Source: a virus
Lineage: Duplodnaviria; Caudoviricetes
Length of the DNA stretch: 36,200 nt
Strand: one strand, 5' to 3'
Virus record (IMG/VR): IMGVR_UViG_3300037755_000903
Location: 1 to 36,200 of that record
The notes under the pieces are model-generated. The model was not told the origin of the DNA and made no database searches. It was given only the letters and a program-made list of their open reading frames with translations. Below are positions 1 through 7,558 of the stretch, piece by piece; within the stretch, counting starts at the first letter, position 1; each line of letters starts with the position of its first letter. Made by a program: the position numbers and the translations under genes.

Positions 1-516
1 GTCTCCTGCGTCGTCCGAGGCGTGAACCTCGTCGGCGCGGAACGCATCGTCCAGCACCTCCGCGGCTCGTTCTGCGTGCTCGGCGTTCGGTCGATCGGTC
101 AACTGGGGGGCCTCCGTGAGCGTGGCGGCTGCCTCGGCCGCGATCGCCTCAGCGTCCAAGCCGTGCTCCTCGCACCACTGCCACAGCCACTCGCCGTGCG
201 AGTCGCCAGCCTGCGACGACAGGATCAGCCGGTCGGCGACCTCGTCAGCCTTCGCCGGGTCGACCTCGGCCAACGCCGCGAGGGCCACGTGCACGTCGTG
301 CGCCCACAGCATCCCGTAGACGTTGACGTGGTAGCGGTCCGAAGCGGCGGGGTCGACGTTGCCAGCGTCGTCCATCGTCGGGCCGACGAGATCGACGCCG
401 ATGGCGGCGTTGCCGCAGCCGAACGCTGCGAGGTAGCGGAGCAGGTTCTCCGCCGTGTGCGGCACTCCGTTGCGGTCGGCGAAGGGGGAGATGCGGGCAA
501 CGCTTGGTGTGTCCAT
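1..516 (-). CDS. Hypothetical protein, 3' end outside the window (MDTPSVARISPFADRNG...)
   Basis: Read by hand: ATG at 516, 172 open codons with high GC3 running to position 1. It is absent from the ORF track because there is no stop codon. Confidence 0.75.
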   Translation of the reverse strand, partial: MDTPSVARISPFADRNGVPHTAENLLRYLAAFGCGNAAIGVDLVGPTMDDAGNVDPAASDRYHVNVYGMLWAHDVHVALAALAEVDPAKADEVADRLILSSQAGDSHGEWLWQWCEEHGLDAEAIAAEAAATLTEAPQLTDRPNAEHAERAAEVLDDAFRADEVHASDDAGD

Positions 517-537
517 CTCAGATCAGGTCCTCTCGGG

Positions 538-789
538 TCATCGTTCGGGGTCTCCGTTCAGCTCGCGTCGCTGGTCGAACTTGTGCCAGTAGACGAGGTC
601 ACGCACGTAGCCCTCGGTGCCGCCTCCGGTGTTGGTCTCCCAGCCACACGAGCAGCGCACGTCCCAGCCGAACGAGCTGCGGACCATGCCCGAGGTGGCC
701 GGCATCCAGTCATCGGGATGGCCGGAGAAGCGGGCGAACCAGCGGATGCGGTGTCCCTCAACGGCGTTGGTGCGGCGGGGCTTCGTCAT
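538..789 (-). CDS. Small hypothetical protein with a CSCGW...H putative Zn-binding motif
   Basis: MTKPRRT start lies 7 nt after a TACGGT -10 (leaderless). Contains VRCSCGWET...YWHK. Confidence 0.7.
   Translation of the reverse strand: MTKPRRTNAVEGHRIRWFARFSGHPDDWMPATSGMVRSSFGWDVRCSCGWETNTGGGTEGYVRDLVYWHKFDQRRELNGDPER
548..565 (+). repeat. 18-bp direct repeat copy 1 (GGGTCTCCGTTCAGCTCG)
   Basis: Identical to 1047-1064. Confidence 0.9.
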
Positions 790-796
790 GCACGTC

Positions 797-848
797 ACCG
801 TACAGCCTCGCTGCACACCTTGTCAAGCCTCGCCGTACATGCCAGACT
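797..848. promoter_or_regulatory. Overlapping divergent sigma70-type promoters
   Basis: Minus strand: TTGACA (826-821), 18 bp, TACGGT (802-797), 7 nt, ATG 789. Plus strand: TTGTCA (820-825), 17 bp, CAGACT (843-848), 7 nt, ATG 856. Confidence 0.7.
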
Positions 849-855
849 CGACGCC

Positions 856-1047
856 ATGACCCCGAAGAACTGCGACCCCGTCGGCGCCGACGACATCGCC
901 GACCGCCTCGGCGTCCAACGCAACACCGTCCACCAGTGGCGCCAGCGCGGCGTCCTCCCCGACCCGCCATGGACCGTCTCCGGACGACCCGCGTGGAACT
1001 GGCCCGAGATCGCGAAGTGGGCGAAGGACACGGGCAGGCTCACGTAG
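856..1047 (+). CDS. Small AlpA/MerR-like helix-turn-helix DNA-binding protein (63 aa)
   Basis: VGADDIADRLGVQRNTVHQWRQRGVLPDP...GRPAWNWPEIAKWA. This is the C-terminal part of track ORF 22..1047. Confidence 0.85.
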   Translation: MTPKNCDPVGADDIADRLGVQRNTVHQWRQRGVLPDPPWTVSGRPAWNWPEIAKWAKDTGRLT

Positions 1048-1064
1048 GGTCTCCGTTCAGCTCG
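1047..1064 (+). repeat. 18-bp direct repeat copy 2
   Basis: Identical to 548-565. Confidence 0.9.
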
Positions 1065-1092
1065 GGGTGGGCGCCGGCCGCGGGGGCGGGGG

Positions 1093-1371
1093 TCATGTGG
1101 TGGCTCCGTCCTCTCCCTGTTCAGGAGGCGGGGGGAACACGGCGGCGCTGGGCCACGCCCGCCACCACGCCTCATCGCGGGTCCAGCCGTGCGTCACGAC
1201 ATCGGCCAGGCCAACGTCGATCAGCACAGCGGCCGTGTCCTCCTGGTGGAGGTGCTGGTAGCAGAGGTGGAACCGCACCCCGCCAGGCGTGACGTGGTCC
1301 TCGGCGCCGAACCGCTGGCACTGCGGGGTGCCGCGCCTCCACCCCTGGCACTGTCCTCTCGTCGCTTCCAT
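1093..1371 (-). CDS. Hypothetical Cys/His-containing protein (MEATRGQCQG...)
   Basis: TGATG overlap with the upstream HNH stop at 1371. C...C...CxxH pattern. Confidence 0.65.
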   Translation of the reverse strand: MEATRGQCQGWRRGTPQCQRFGAEDHVTPGGVRFHLCYQHLHQEDTAAVLIDVGLADVVTHGWTRDEAWWRAWPSAAVFPPPPEQGEDGATT

Positions 1372-1839
1372 CACTGCCCCTCTCCTTGTGCAGGAGTGCC
1401 AGCCAGGGGGTGGTGCTCCCGGTGGTGGCACGTGGGGCACAGGTAGGCGAGGCCGGCGAGGTGGTGGTCGCACGCCGCGAGCCGGGTCCGCCCATCCTCC
1501 CTCTTCCCCTCGAGGTGGTGGACCTGGAACGTGGCCCGCCCCTTCTCGTTGCAGGGGGTCCCATCGGCCAGCACCCCCTCACACCTCCGCCCGCACCTCT
1601 TCTTCACCGTCTCCTTGGCCGACTTCCAGCTGTGGTTCGCCCAGAACTGGGTGCGGCATGCGGTGGAGCAGAAGCGTTGGGTGGCGGGGCAGCGGGCGCC
1701 GAGCCATCCGGTGCACCAGCGGCACAGGGTGGGGTCCTCGGTGGCCGCCCGCCAGTCCTGGGTGGGGGGGGCACCCAGCGGCGACCTCGTCGACCCGCTG
1801 GGCGAGGGTGGAGAGAGCGGGGGCCTTGGTGGTGGTCAT
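1371..1839 (-). pseudogene. HNH endonuclease with N-terminal Zn ribbon, split by a one-base frameshift in a C8 run
   Basis: The ATG at 1839 overlaps the WhiB stop. Removing one base from G8 (1764-1771) joins MTTTKAP...GCPP to TQDWRAAT...CRWC...FCSTACRTQFWANHSW...RCEG...QVHH...LCPTCHHREH, giving 155 aa. Confidence 0.75.
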
Positions 1840-2372
1840 GCGGCGTCACCGCGGCGCTGTGCCCGCTGCTGGCGCTGTTTCTCGACGATGGCGGCTCGGC
1901 AGGCGGCGCAGGTGGGTTCGCCGCGGTTGAGGTGGCGCTGGTAGGCGGCCGGGGTGCCGCAGGGCTTGAGGTGGCGGCCTCGGGGCTTGCTGATCCCCCG
2001 CTCCCGGCGGATCTGCCGCCTCTCCCGCTCGGACTTGCCGCCCCAGATGCCGAACTTCTCGCCATGCTCCAGGGCGTACTCCAGGCACTCCTCACGTACG
2101 GGACAGGTGGCGCACACGGCCTTCGCCTCCCGGGTGGCAGCACCCCGCTCGGGGAAGAAGAGGGCGGGGTCGACGCCCGTGCAGGCGGCGAAGGTCTGCC
2201 AGGCAGAGGGCTCCTCAGTGGGCCCCTCGTAGCCCGCCTCCACCGTCCCACCGGACGGGGGTGGGCCGGGGATCGCGGGCTGGGGGCCGTGGGCCTGCAC
2301 GACGAGGGTGGGGTCGCCGACGACCCCGTCGAGCGGCGTGTCGAAGTGGTGCGTGTTCTGGATCTGGGCCAT
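1836..2372 (-). CDS. whiB: WhiB family Fe-S transcription factor (WhiB2-like) with a C-terminal CGTxAAYxRH...CxxC domain
   Basis: ACTGVDPALFFPERGAATREAKAVCATCPVREECLEYAL...FGIWGGKSERERR: four Cys plus the GIWGG turn. Start codon uncertain. Confidence 0.93.
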   Translation of the reverse strand: MAQIQNTHHFDTPLDGVVGDPTLVVQAHGPQPAIPGPPPSGGTVEAGYEGPTEEPSAWQTFAACTGVDPALFFPERGAATREAKAVCATCPVREECLEYALEHGEKFGIWGGKSERERRQIRRERGISKPRGRHLKPCGTPAAYQRHLNRGEPTCAACRAAIVEKQRQQRAQRRGDAA

Positions 2373-2377
2373 GGCGG

Positions 2378-2569
2378 TCAGACCTGTTCCCTTCGGACGG
2401 AGGTGGTGACCCGGGCGAGGGCCCGGATCAGCTGGCGGCGGCGACGCAAGGTGAGGAAGGTGCGGGTGGGCGGGTACCACGATTCGCGGGTGGGGTGGGG
2501 GCCGGTGGGGCAGCCGTGGTTGGCCTTCCACGTGTCCGGCACCTCGTTGCCCGTACCCCACGTGGTCAT
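2378..2569 (-). CDS. Hypothetical protein (63 aa)
   Basis: ATGA overlap with the resolvase stop; fills the operon gap. Confidence 0.55.
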   Translation of the reverse strand: MTTWGTGNEVPDTWKANHGCPTGPHPTRESWYPPTRTFLTLRRRRQLIRALARVTTSVRREQV

Positions 2570-2937
2570 GCCGCTGGTGCCTCGGGCGAGGCGAGTTGCC
2601 GTTCGGGTCGGACCAGTTCGGCGAAGTCGGCGAGGGTCATCACCACGTAGCCCTCAGCAACGCCCTTCTGGCGGCGCTTGATGGCCGCCACCCCGTAGGT
2701 GGCACCGGCGTTCTCGGCCTCCACCTGGGCTTCCTTCACGGCCCCTGCGAGGTCGATGGCCTTGGTGGCCTTGCACTCGACGATGAAGAGGTCGCCGTCG
2801 CGGTCCTCGGCCTGGAGGTCGCCGACGTCCTTGCTGCCGCTTGGTGGCATGCGCCGGGTCCAGACGCCGGCTTCGTTCAGGTAGTCCTGCACGGCCCGTT
2901 CCCAGGCGGTGCCCTTGCGCTTCGACGGGTTCGCCAT
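2566..2937 (-). CDS. Holliday junction resolvase (Hjc-like PD-(D/E)XK)
   Basis: MANPSKRKGTAWE...DVGD...IVECK...EAQVEAENA...YVVMTL, with a coupled start. Confidence 0.88.
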   Translation of the reverse strand: MANPSKRKGTAWERAVQDYLNEAGVWTRRMPPSGSKDVGDLQAEDRDGDLFIVECKATKAIDLAGAVKEAQVEAENAGATYGVAAIKRRQKGVAEGYVVMTLADFAELVRPERQLASPEAPAA

Positions 2938-3053
2938 CAAGACCCCTCGTCCTTCGGCGCCGGTGCAGGGGGCGCCCCCACGGGCCCTGCGCAGCGGCAC
3001 ACCGCGTAGAGCGGACAGGCGGGGCAGGCGGGGGCAGAGGTGGTGGCGGTCAC
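2937..3053 (-). CDS. Tiny Cys-rich protein (38 aa)
   Basis: GTGA and TGATG overlaps at both ends. Contains CPAC...CRC. Confidence 0.45.
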   Translation of the reverse strand: MTATTSAPACPACPLYAVCRCAGPVGAPPAPAPKDEGS

Positions 3054-3436
3054 ATCGGCTCCCCGACGATGACGAGCACGGCGATCCGAGCGGCCTGCTC
3101 GACCGTCATCCCCTCGCCGTCCATGCCGTGGACGTGGACCACGGTCCGGTTGCGGGCCAGCGCCCACTCCACCTCGGCATCGGCGCCAGCGGACTCGCCG
3201 GGCAGCCGGATCACGGCTTCGCACACGGCCAGCAGGCCAAGGTCCCGTTGCAGCCACTCCTCGTACGGGCGAGGTGACACGATGTCGGCCAGCAGGGAGA
3301 GGTGCGGGACGAGCGGGCAGCCGCCCGCATCCCACACGGCGTCGGCGGCGAGGATGGCCGCACGGGTGCCGTGCACGGGGTCCGACGAGTACGGCCCGGC
3401 GATGTAGATGATGGGTCGCACGCCGCCAGGCCTCAT
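3050..3436 (-). CDS. DUF4406 / nucleoside 2-deoxyribosyltransferase-like protein
   Basis: IYIAGPYS...PLVPH...WLQRD...CEAVIRLPGESAGADAEV. Confidence 0.8.
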   Translation of the reverse strand: MRPGGVRPIIYIAGPYSSDPVHGTRAAILAADAVWDAGGCPLVPHLSLLADIVSPRPYEEWLQRDLGLLAVCEAVIRLPGESAGADAEVEWALARNRTVVHVHGMDGEGMTVEQAARIAVLVIVGEPM

Positions 3437-3543
3437 CCCCCGAACCCCACGGCGATCCCGTAGCCCACACCCAGCACCACCGCGGCGAGCGCCACCCCAC
3501 CGAGGAGGATGAGAGCGGCCAGGACCAGGAGGTCGTCGTCCAT
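3433..3543 (-). CDS. 36-aa single-TM membrane peptide
   Basis: MDDDLLVLAALILLGGVALAAVVLGVGYGIAVGFGG, coupled at both ends and below the track length cutoff. Confidence 0.6.
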   Translation of the reverse strand: MDDDLLVLAALILLGGVALAAVVLGVGYGIAVGFGG

Positions 3544-5159
3544 CACGCGCCCTCCCTCTCCGAGCGCTGCCGCCACTCCTCGGTGAAGTCGACCTGCCAG
3601 CCCTCAGGCCACGCCGGGTCAGAGGTAGGGCGGATGCACATGGTCCCCTCCTCGATCCACCGCAGCCGCTCCTCCACCTTCAAGAACTCCGACGCGGTCA
3701 GCTGGGCCCACGACGTGGCCCGCCCCTTCGTGACGTCCACCGCGAGGGTGCGGCGGAGCAGGTCACGGTCGGTGAGGTTGAGGGTGGAGAGGGCCTTGGT
3801 GGCGGCGGCTTGGGCTCGCCGGTTCACCCGCTTGTACTCCGTGGGGTCCGAGGCAGAGAGGGGGAGCCCTTCCTGTTCGGGCTCGCCCTCCGAGGTGGCG
3901 GGGGGAGGTGCCACCTCGGAGGGTCCGCCTTCTTCCGGTGCCGGGGCAGTGGCACCGGAAGGCTTGGGGGCCTCAGCGGGGTCCGGCGGGTCGGGGTCCT
4001 CATCCCCACCATCCCCACCGTCGCTCGGCGGCTGCGCTTCCAGCCAGGCGAACACCGCGTCGAGCACCGGCCCGGGAACCATGTCGTCGAAGCGGGCCGC
4101 CTTGGGCTGGCCGGCAGCCTCGGCCCGGGCGTTGTACTCCTTGCGCACCGCCGGCCTCGACGGCGCCCGCTTCACGAAGAGGGCGAGCAGGTCGTCGAGG
4201 TCGACGTCGGACGAAGAGGAGGGTGGGGTGAACATGGCGTCGGTCTCAACCTCCGCACCTCCCCCAACAGCAGGGACCCCACCCTCCTCCACGATCTCCG
4301 CGTCCACCGGGGCAGAGCCCTTGCGGACTGACACCCCCGTCGCAGGGATCGGCTCCGCCGCATTCGCACGACGAGCCGGCCCCGCCGGCGCCACAGACAC
4401 CTGATCCCGAATCGACCTCGCCGGCGGACCCTCAGCCAGAGCAGCAACCGGCACCGGCGTCAGGCCACCGTTCGGTGCGCCCTCCACGATCGGAGAGGCC
4501 AACGCCTGCAGCGCAGGCTGCCCGGCCGTCAGCTCGTTCATCTGCCCCTGCGGCTCGAGCACCGGCACCACGTACCGGCGGGTCGTCACCTTCCCCTTGT
4601 TGTCGGTGGTCTTGTCGGATCGCTCGTCCAACCAGAGGCGGCAGGGGATCAGCGCTCCAGGGGCGACCGAGCCGAGGATGTCGGTGACGGCGGGCAGTTC
4701 GACCGAGGCGTAGTGGCCGTGGGTCTCGATGCGCCACAGGCCGACACCGGGGAGCGCTGGGAGCAGGACGGAGAGGCGGGTGGTGGCCTTGCACGACCTG
4801 TTCTCTGGGTCGCAGTCGCAGGCCACGTCGCGCTTGACGTCCCACTGGGTGTCGCAGCGCTTCTGGCAGCCGCCGCCGGACCACTCCTCCATCCACTGGG
4901 AGAGCGCCATGTCCCCGGGCGGCAGGAGCACGTCGATCGACTTGGCGGGCGTGTACACCTCCCGTTGCGGGCCGTTCGGGCTCACCCAGTCGCGGGGCTC
5001 GCCACCCCACAGGTCGGCCACCGCGTCGATGGCCTCGCCGTCGGCGGACGTGAACCGGAACTGGTTCAGCTTCTTCGGGAAGCCTCGGCTGGGGTCCTTC
5101 TCGCCGATGCGGATGCGGCCCCGCTCGTGGAGGCGTCGTTGCAGGTCGAGGATGGGCAT
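3543..5159 (-). CDS. phiC31 Gp3-like protein with a long C-terminal extension; likely recombination/annealing partner of the exonuclease
   Basis: MPILDLQRRLHERGRIRIG...FRFTS...WGGEPRDW...SQWMEEWSGGGCQKRCD...CKATTRLSV...GLWRIETHG. Lies directly downstream of the exonuclease. Confidence 0.75.
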   Translation of the reverse strand: MPILDLQRRLHERGRIRIGEKDPSRGFPKKLNQFRFTSADGEAIDAVADLWGGEPRDWVSPNGPQREVYTPAKSIDVLLPPGDMALSQWMEEWSGGGCQKRCDTQWDVKRDVACDCDPENRSCKATTRLSVLLPALPGVGLWRIETHGHYASVELPAVTDILGSVAPGALIPCRLWLDERSDKTTDNKGKVTTRRYVVPVLEPQGQMNELTAGQPALQALASPIVEGAPNGGLTPVPVAALAEGPPARSIRDQVSVAPAGPARRANAAEPIPATGVSVRKGSAPVDAEIVEEGGVPAVGGGAEVETDAMFTPPSSSSDVDLDDLLALFVKRAPSRPAVRKEYNARAEAAGQPKAARFDDMVPGPVLDAVFAWLEAQPPSDGGDGGDEDPDPPDPAEAPKPSGATAPAPEEGGPSEVAPPPATSEGEPEQEGLPLSASDPTEYKRVNRRAQAAATKALSTLNLTDRDLLRRTLAVDVTKGRATSWAQLTASEFLKVEERLRWIEEGTMCIRPTSDPAWPEGWQVDFTEEWRQRSEREGA

Positions 5160-5161
5160 GG

Positions 5162-6091
5162 TCAGGCCGCCTCCCCGAACGGTTCGGGCCCCGGGTCGAA
5201 CAGGGCCAGGTCGGGTGGGCCGCCGACGGGGGGCTGCAACGGTTCGCCGATGACCGTCTTGGACAGCTCGAACTGCCAGCGGGCTGCTTCGGTGACGTGG
5301 AGGTACCGCTCGAACACGTCTTCGTCGCAGACGATCGGGTACGCCTCGCAGTGCCCCGGGGTGATGTGGATGCACACCCCGCCTTCCACCTCAGGGACAG
5401 GGACGGCGGCTGCCTGCTCGGCGGGGGAGAGGAGGTAGTAGCGGCGCCGGTAGTGCTCCATCCGCCGGGGCCGCCACACCGCGGCCAGGTCGGCGTACCG
5501 GTACGCGGCCAGCTGCAACGCCACCTCCGGGTACGGGGTGGTCGGCTTGCCCTTCCCGTCCACCGACTTCCGGGTGGTCTTGTAGTCGCAGATCAGCGGC
5601 ACGCCGTCCAGCGTGAGAAAGGCGTCGCAGGTGCCGGCGTACCCGTAGGTGGGGGAGTACACGGCCACCTCGGTCGCCTGGTAGGACGGCTGGAACGTCT
5701 GCGCCCACTGGTCGAACTGGTTGAGGAACGGCTGCACCTCGTCGTCCACGTCGGGCTTGATGCCGGTGAGGGCGTACTGCTCGCAGGCTTCGTGGACCGC
5801 GGTGCCCAGCTCGGCGGCTGTGCGGACGTTCTTCCCGGTGCGGAAGCGGGCCTTGGAGAGCCATTCAACGGCGTCGTCGGGGTTCTTCTTGGCGAGGGCC
5901 TGGACCTGTTCGAGGTCTTCGACGGCGGCCTTGGCGGTTTCGGTGGCGGCCCAGTAGACGAGGGCGGGCTTGTCGAGGGCGCCGATGATGGTGGTGACGG
6001 ACCAGCAGCGGAGGTCGTCGTCTTGGGCCTTCTGCTTGTCGAGGGGTGCTTGGCCGAGGGTGGTGGTGTCGGACGGTGGGGTGGGGCTCAT
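5162..6091 (-). CDS. PD-(D/E)XK exonuclease (RecB/Cas4-like phage exonuclease)
   Basis: SVTTII...AAELGTAVH...YAGTCD...ICDYKT...QLAAY, with an ATGA-coupled start. Confidence 0.88.
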   Translation of the reverse strand: MSPTPPSDTTTLGQAPLDKQKAQDDDLRCWSVTTIIGALDKPALVYWAATETAKAAVEDLEQVQALAKKNPDDAVEWLSKARFRTGKNVRTAAELGTAVHEACEQYALTGIKPDVDDEVQPFLNQFDQWAQTFQPSYQATEVAVYSPTYGYAGTCDAFLTLDGVPLICDYKTTRKSVDGKGKPTTPYPEVALQLAAYRYADLAAVWRPRRMEHYRRRYYLLSPAEQAAAVPVPEVEGGVCIHITPGHCEAYPIVCDEDVFERYLHVTEAARWQFELSKTVIGEPLQPPVGGPPDLALFDPGPEPFGEAA

Positions 6092-6342
6092 GCGGCCTTG
6101 CTCCTGGTGTCGGGGATGGCGCGGCGGACGTTGTCGTCGGGGAGGCCGACGACGTACGGGCCGGACGGCTTCTCGGCGACCATGACGACCCAGCCGTGGC
6201 GGAAGGTGGAGGCCGCAGTGAGGACGGTCATCCACGTGTCGGTGACGGGGCTGCGGGACTCGTGCTGGATCTGGTCGCCGGGCTGCAGGTCCCGGATGTG
6301 GGACCAGTCCCACGGGGGCGGGGCGGGGGTGGGAGCCGCCAT
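6088..6342 (-). CDS. Hypothetical protein (84 aa)
   Basis: MAAPTPAPPPWDWSHIRDLQPGDQI, coupled at both ends. Confidence 0.65.
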   Translation of the reverse strand: MAAPTPAPPPWDWSHIRDLQPGDQIQHESRSPVTDTWMTVLTAASTFRHGWVVMVAEKPSGPYVVGLPDDNVRRAIPDTRSKAA

Positions 6343-6671
6343 CAGGCCACCTCGGCGATCCAGCCGACGAGGAGCGCCATGCCGATTGCGAACAACGAGA
6401 CCATCGCCGCGGCCACCAGCCGCACGGCCGTGGGGCGCTCCTCGTCGGGCTTCAGGTACATGAACAGGGTGGCGGCTGCCATGAGGCCGACGGCAGGCCA
6501 GACGCCCAGAGGGGCGAAGCCTGTGACGGGGACGACGTGCCAGCGCCACAAGATCGTCAGCACCCACCCTCGGAGAACGCTGAGCGGGAAGCCCACGAGC
6601 AGAGCGACGGCGAGCGTGACGCCGAACCCGACCTCGTGCTGTGGGGGCGCGATGCGAGGAGATGCGGACAT
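6342..6671 (-). CDS. Membrane protein (about 3 TM segments)
   Basis: Hydrophobic segments, with an AGGAG RBS upstream. Confidence 0.7.
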   Translation of the reverse strand: MSASPRIAPPQHEVGFGVTLAVALLVGFPLSVLRGWVLTILWRWHVVPVTGFAPLGVWPAVGLMAAATLFMYLKPDEERPTAVRLVAAAMVSLFAIGMALLVGWIAEVA

Positions 6672-6680
6672 GACGTGCTC

Positions 6681-7031
6681 CTACGTGTTGGCTGCGGATG
6701 GGGCGTCCGAGCCCGCCGGAGCGTGCGCACCACCACGGGCGGCACCTCCAGCGGGGAGGTTCAGGAAGGGAGCGGCGTGGCCGCCACCCACCTCCCCGTT
6801 CCCCTCGGTCTCGGACGCCTTCCCCTGCCGCTCGCGGGGGCACGTTGCGGCGGGGGAGATCTGGGTGGAGGCGGTGCGGGTGCACCGGCCTGCGTGGAGG
6901 AGGGTGAGGCTCATCACGTCTTCGGCGGTACCGGAGCAGCCGAAGCGACGGCACGGGCAGGAGAACGTGTGGAGATCGGCCAGGGGGACGTTCTTCACGA
7001 GGGCGGTGGGGGCCATGGTCATGGAGGTCAT
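6681..7031 (-). CDS. Hypothetical Cys/His-rich protein
   Basis: ATGA-coupled start. Contains HTFSCPCRRFGC...LHAGRC. Confidence 0.55.
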   Translation of the reverse strand: MTSMTMAPTALVKNVPLADLHTFSCPCRRFGCSGTAEDVMSLTLLHAGRCTRTASTQISPAATCPRERQGKASETEGNGEVGGGHAAPFLNLPAGGAARGGAHAPAGSDAPSAANT

Positions 7032-7204
7032 CCGCTTGCCCTCATCTGTCCCGCGACTCGCTGTGACACGCGCCGTGCGCCACGGCGGGTCAGTGTCCGT
7101 CCACGCTCCACCGCGTTCGCCCCGTCGCGACGACCGGTCGCCTCCCAGCGCCAGATGAAGCGGCCCTTGTAGTGGCGCAGGGTCACCCACACGAAGCCCG
7201 CCAT
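7028..7204 (-). CDS. Small basic hypothetical protein (58 aa)
   Basis: MAGFVWVTLRHYKGRFIWRWEA, TGATG-coupled to the xis/cro-like gene. Confidence 0.6.
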   Translation of the reverse strand: MAGFVWVTLRHYKGRFIWRWEATGRRDGANAVERGRTLTRRGARRVSQRVAGQMRASG

Positions 7205-7392
7205 CACGCGGCCTCGCCACTGTCGTCGCGCTCGGCGATGATCCGCTCGATGGCGTCGGAGGGGATGCGCCGGTGGCGGCCGGGGGTGCGGTGCGAGGGG
7301 ATCTGTCCGCTGTCGCAAGCGGCGGCCACGGTGTCGACGGACCAGCCGAGTCGGGCGGCGGCCTCGCCGGTGGTGAGCAGCTCTGAGGGCAC
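7204..7392 (-). CDS. Excisionase/Cro-like HTH_17 DNA-binding protein
   Basis: LLTTGEAAARLGWSVDTVAAACDSGQIPSHRTPGRHRRI. First gene divergent from the repressor. Confidence 0.88.
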   Translation of the reverse strand: MPSELLTTGEAAARLGWSVDTVAAACDSGQIPSHRTPGRHRRIPSDAIERIIAERDDSGEAA

Positions 7393-7399
7393 GGAGCCC

Positions 7400-7484
7400 G
7401 TTCTACTGCATGTGCCGGGTTTCCGTCAAGTGCGGACTTCCCACGTTCCCCTTGGTATCCGGGGCTTGCGGACTTTGCGGACCT
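7400..7484. promoter_or_regulatory. Early leftward promoter and three candidate TGCGGAC operators
   Basis: Minus strand: TTGACG (7429-7424), 18 bp, TAGAAC (7405-7400), 7 nt, GTG 7392. TGCGGAC(T/C)T at 7431, 7467 and 7476. Confidence 0.6.
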
Positions 7485-7558
7485 TGTGCAAGGGTAGAAC
7501 CTGTTCCAGACAGGGCGACCCCAACCCCCCTCACCACCACAAGGAGACCCACCCCGCC

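Noticed and set aside
22-855. Long plus-strand ORFs opposite real genes (also 11803..13542, 30907..33138, 32789..35311 and others)
   Set aside because: These are antisense shadows caused by high GC3 codon bias. The minus-strand frames carry the recognisable motifs and coupled junctions.
5162-5175. Many proteins end in GEAA/xxAA, like ssrA degrons
   Set aside because: More simply explained by the next gene's GAGG RBS and overlapping stop/start codons.
7495-7508. TAGAACCTGTTCCA as a LexA box
   Set aside because: The GAAC-GTTC spacer is 2 bp rather than the 4 bp of the actinobacterial SOS box.
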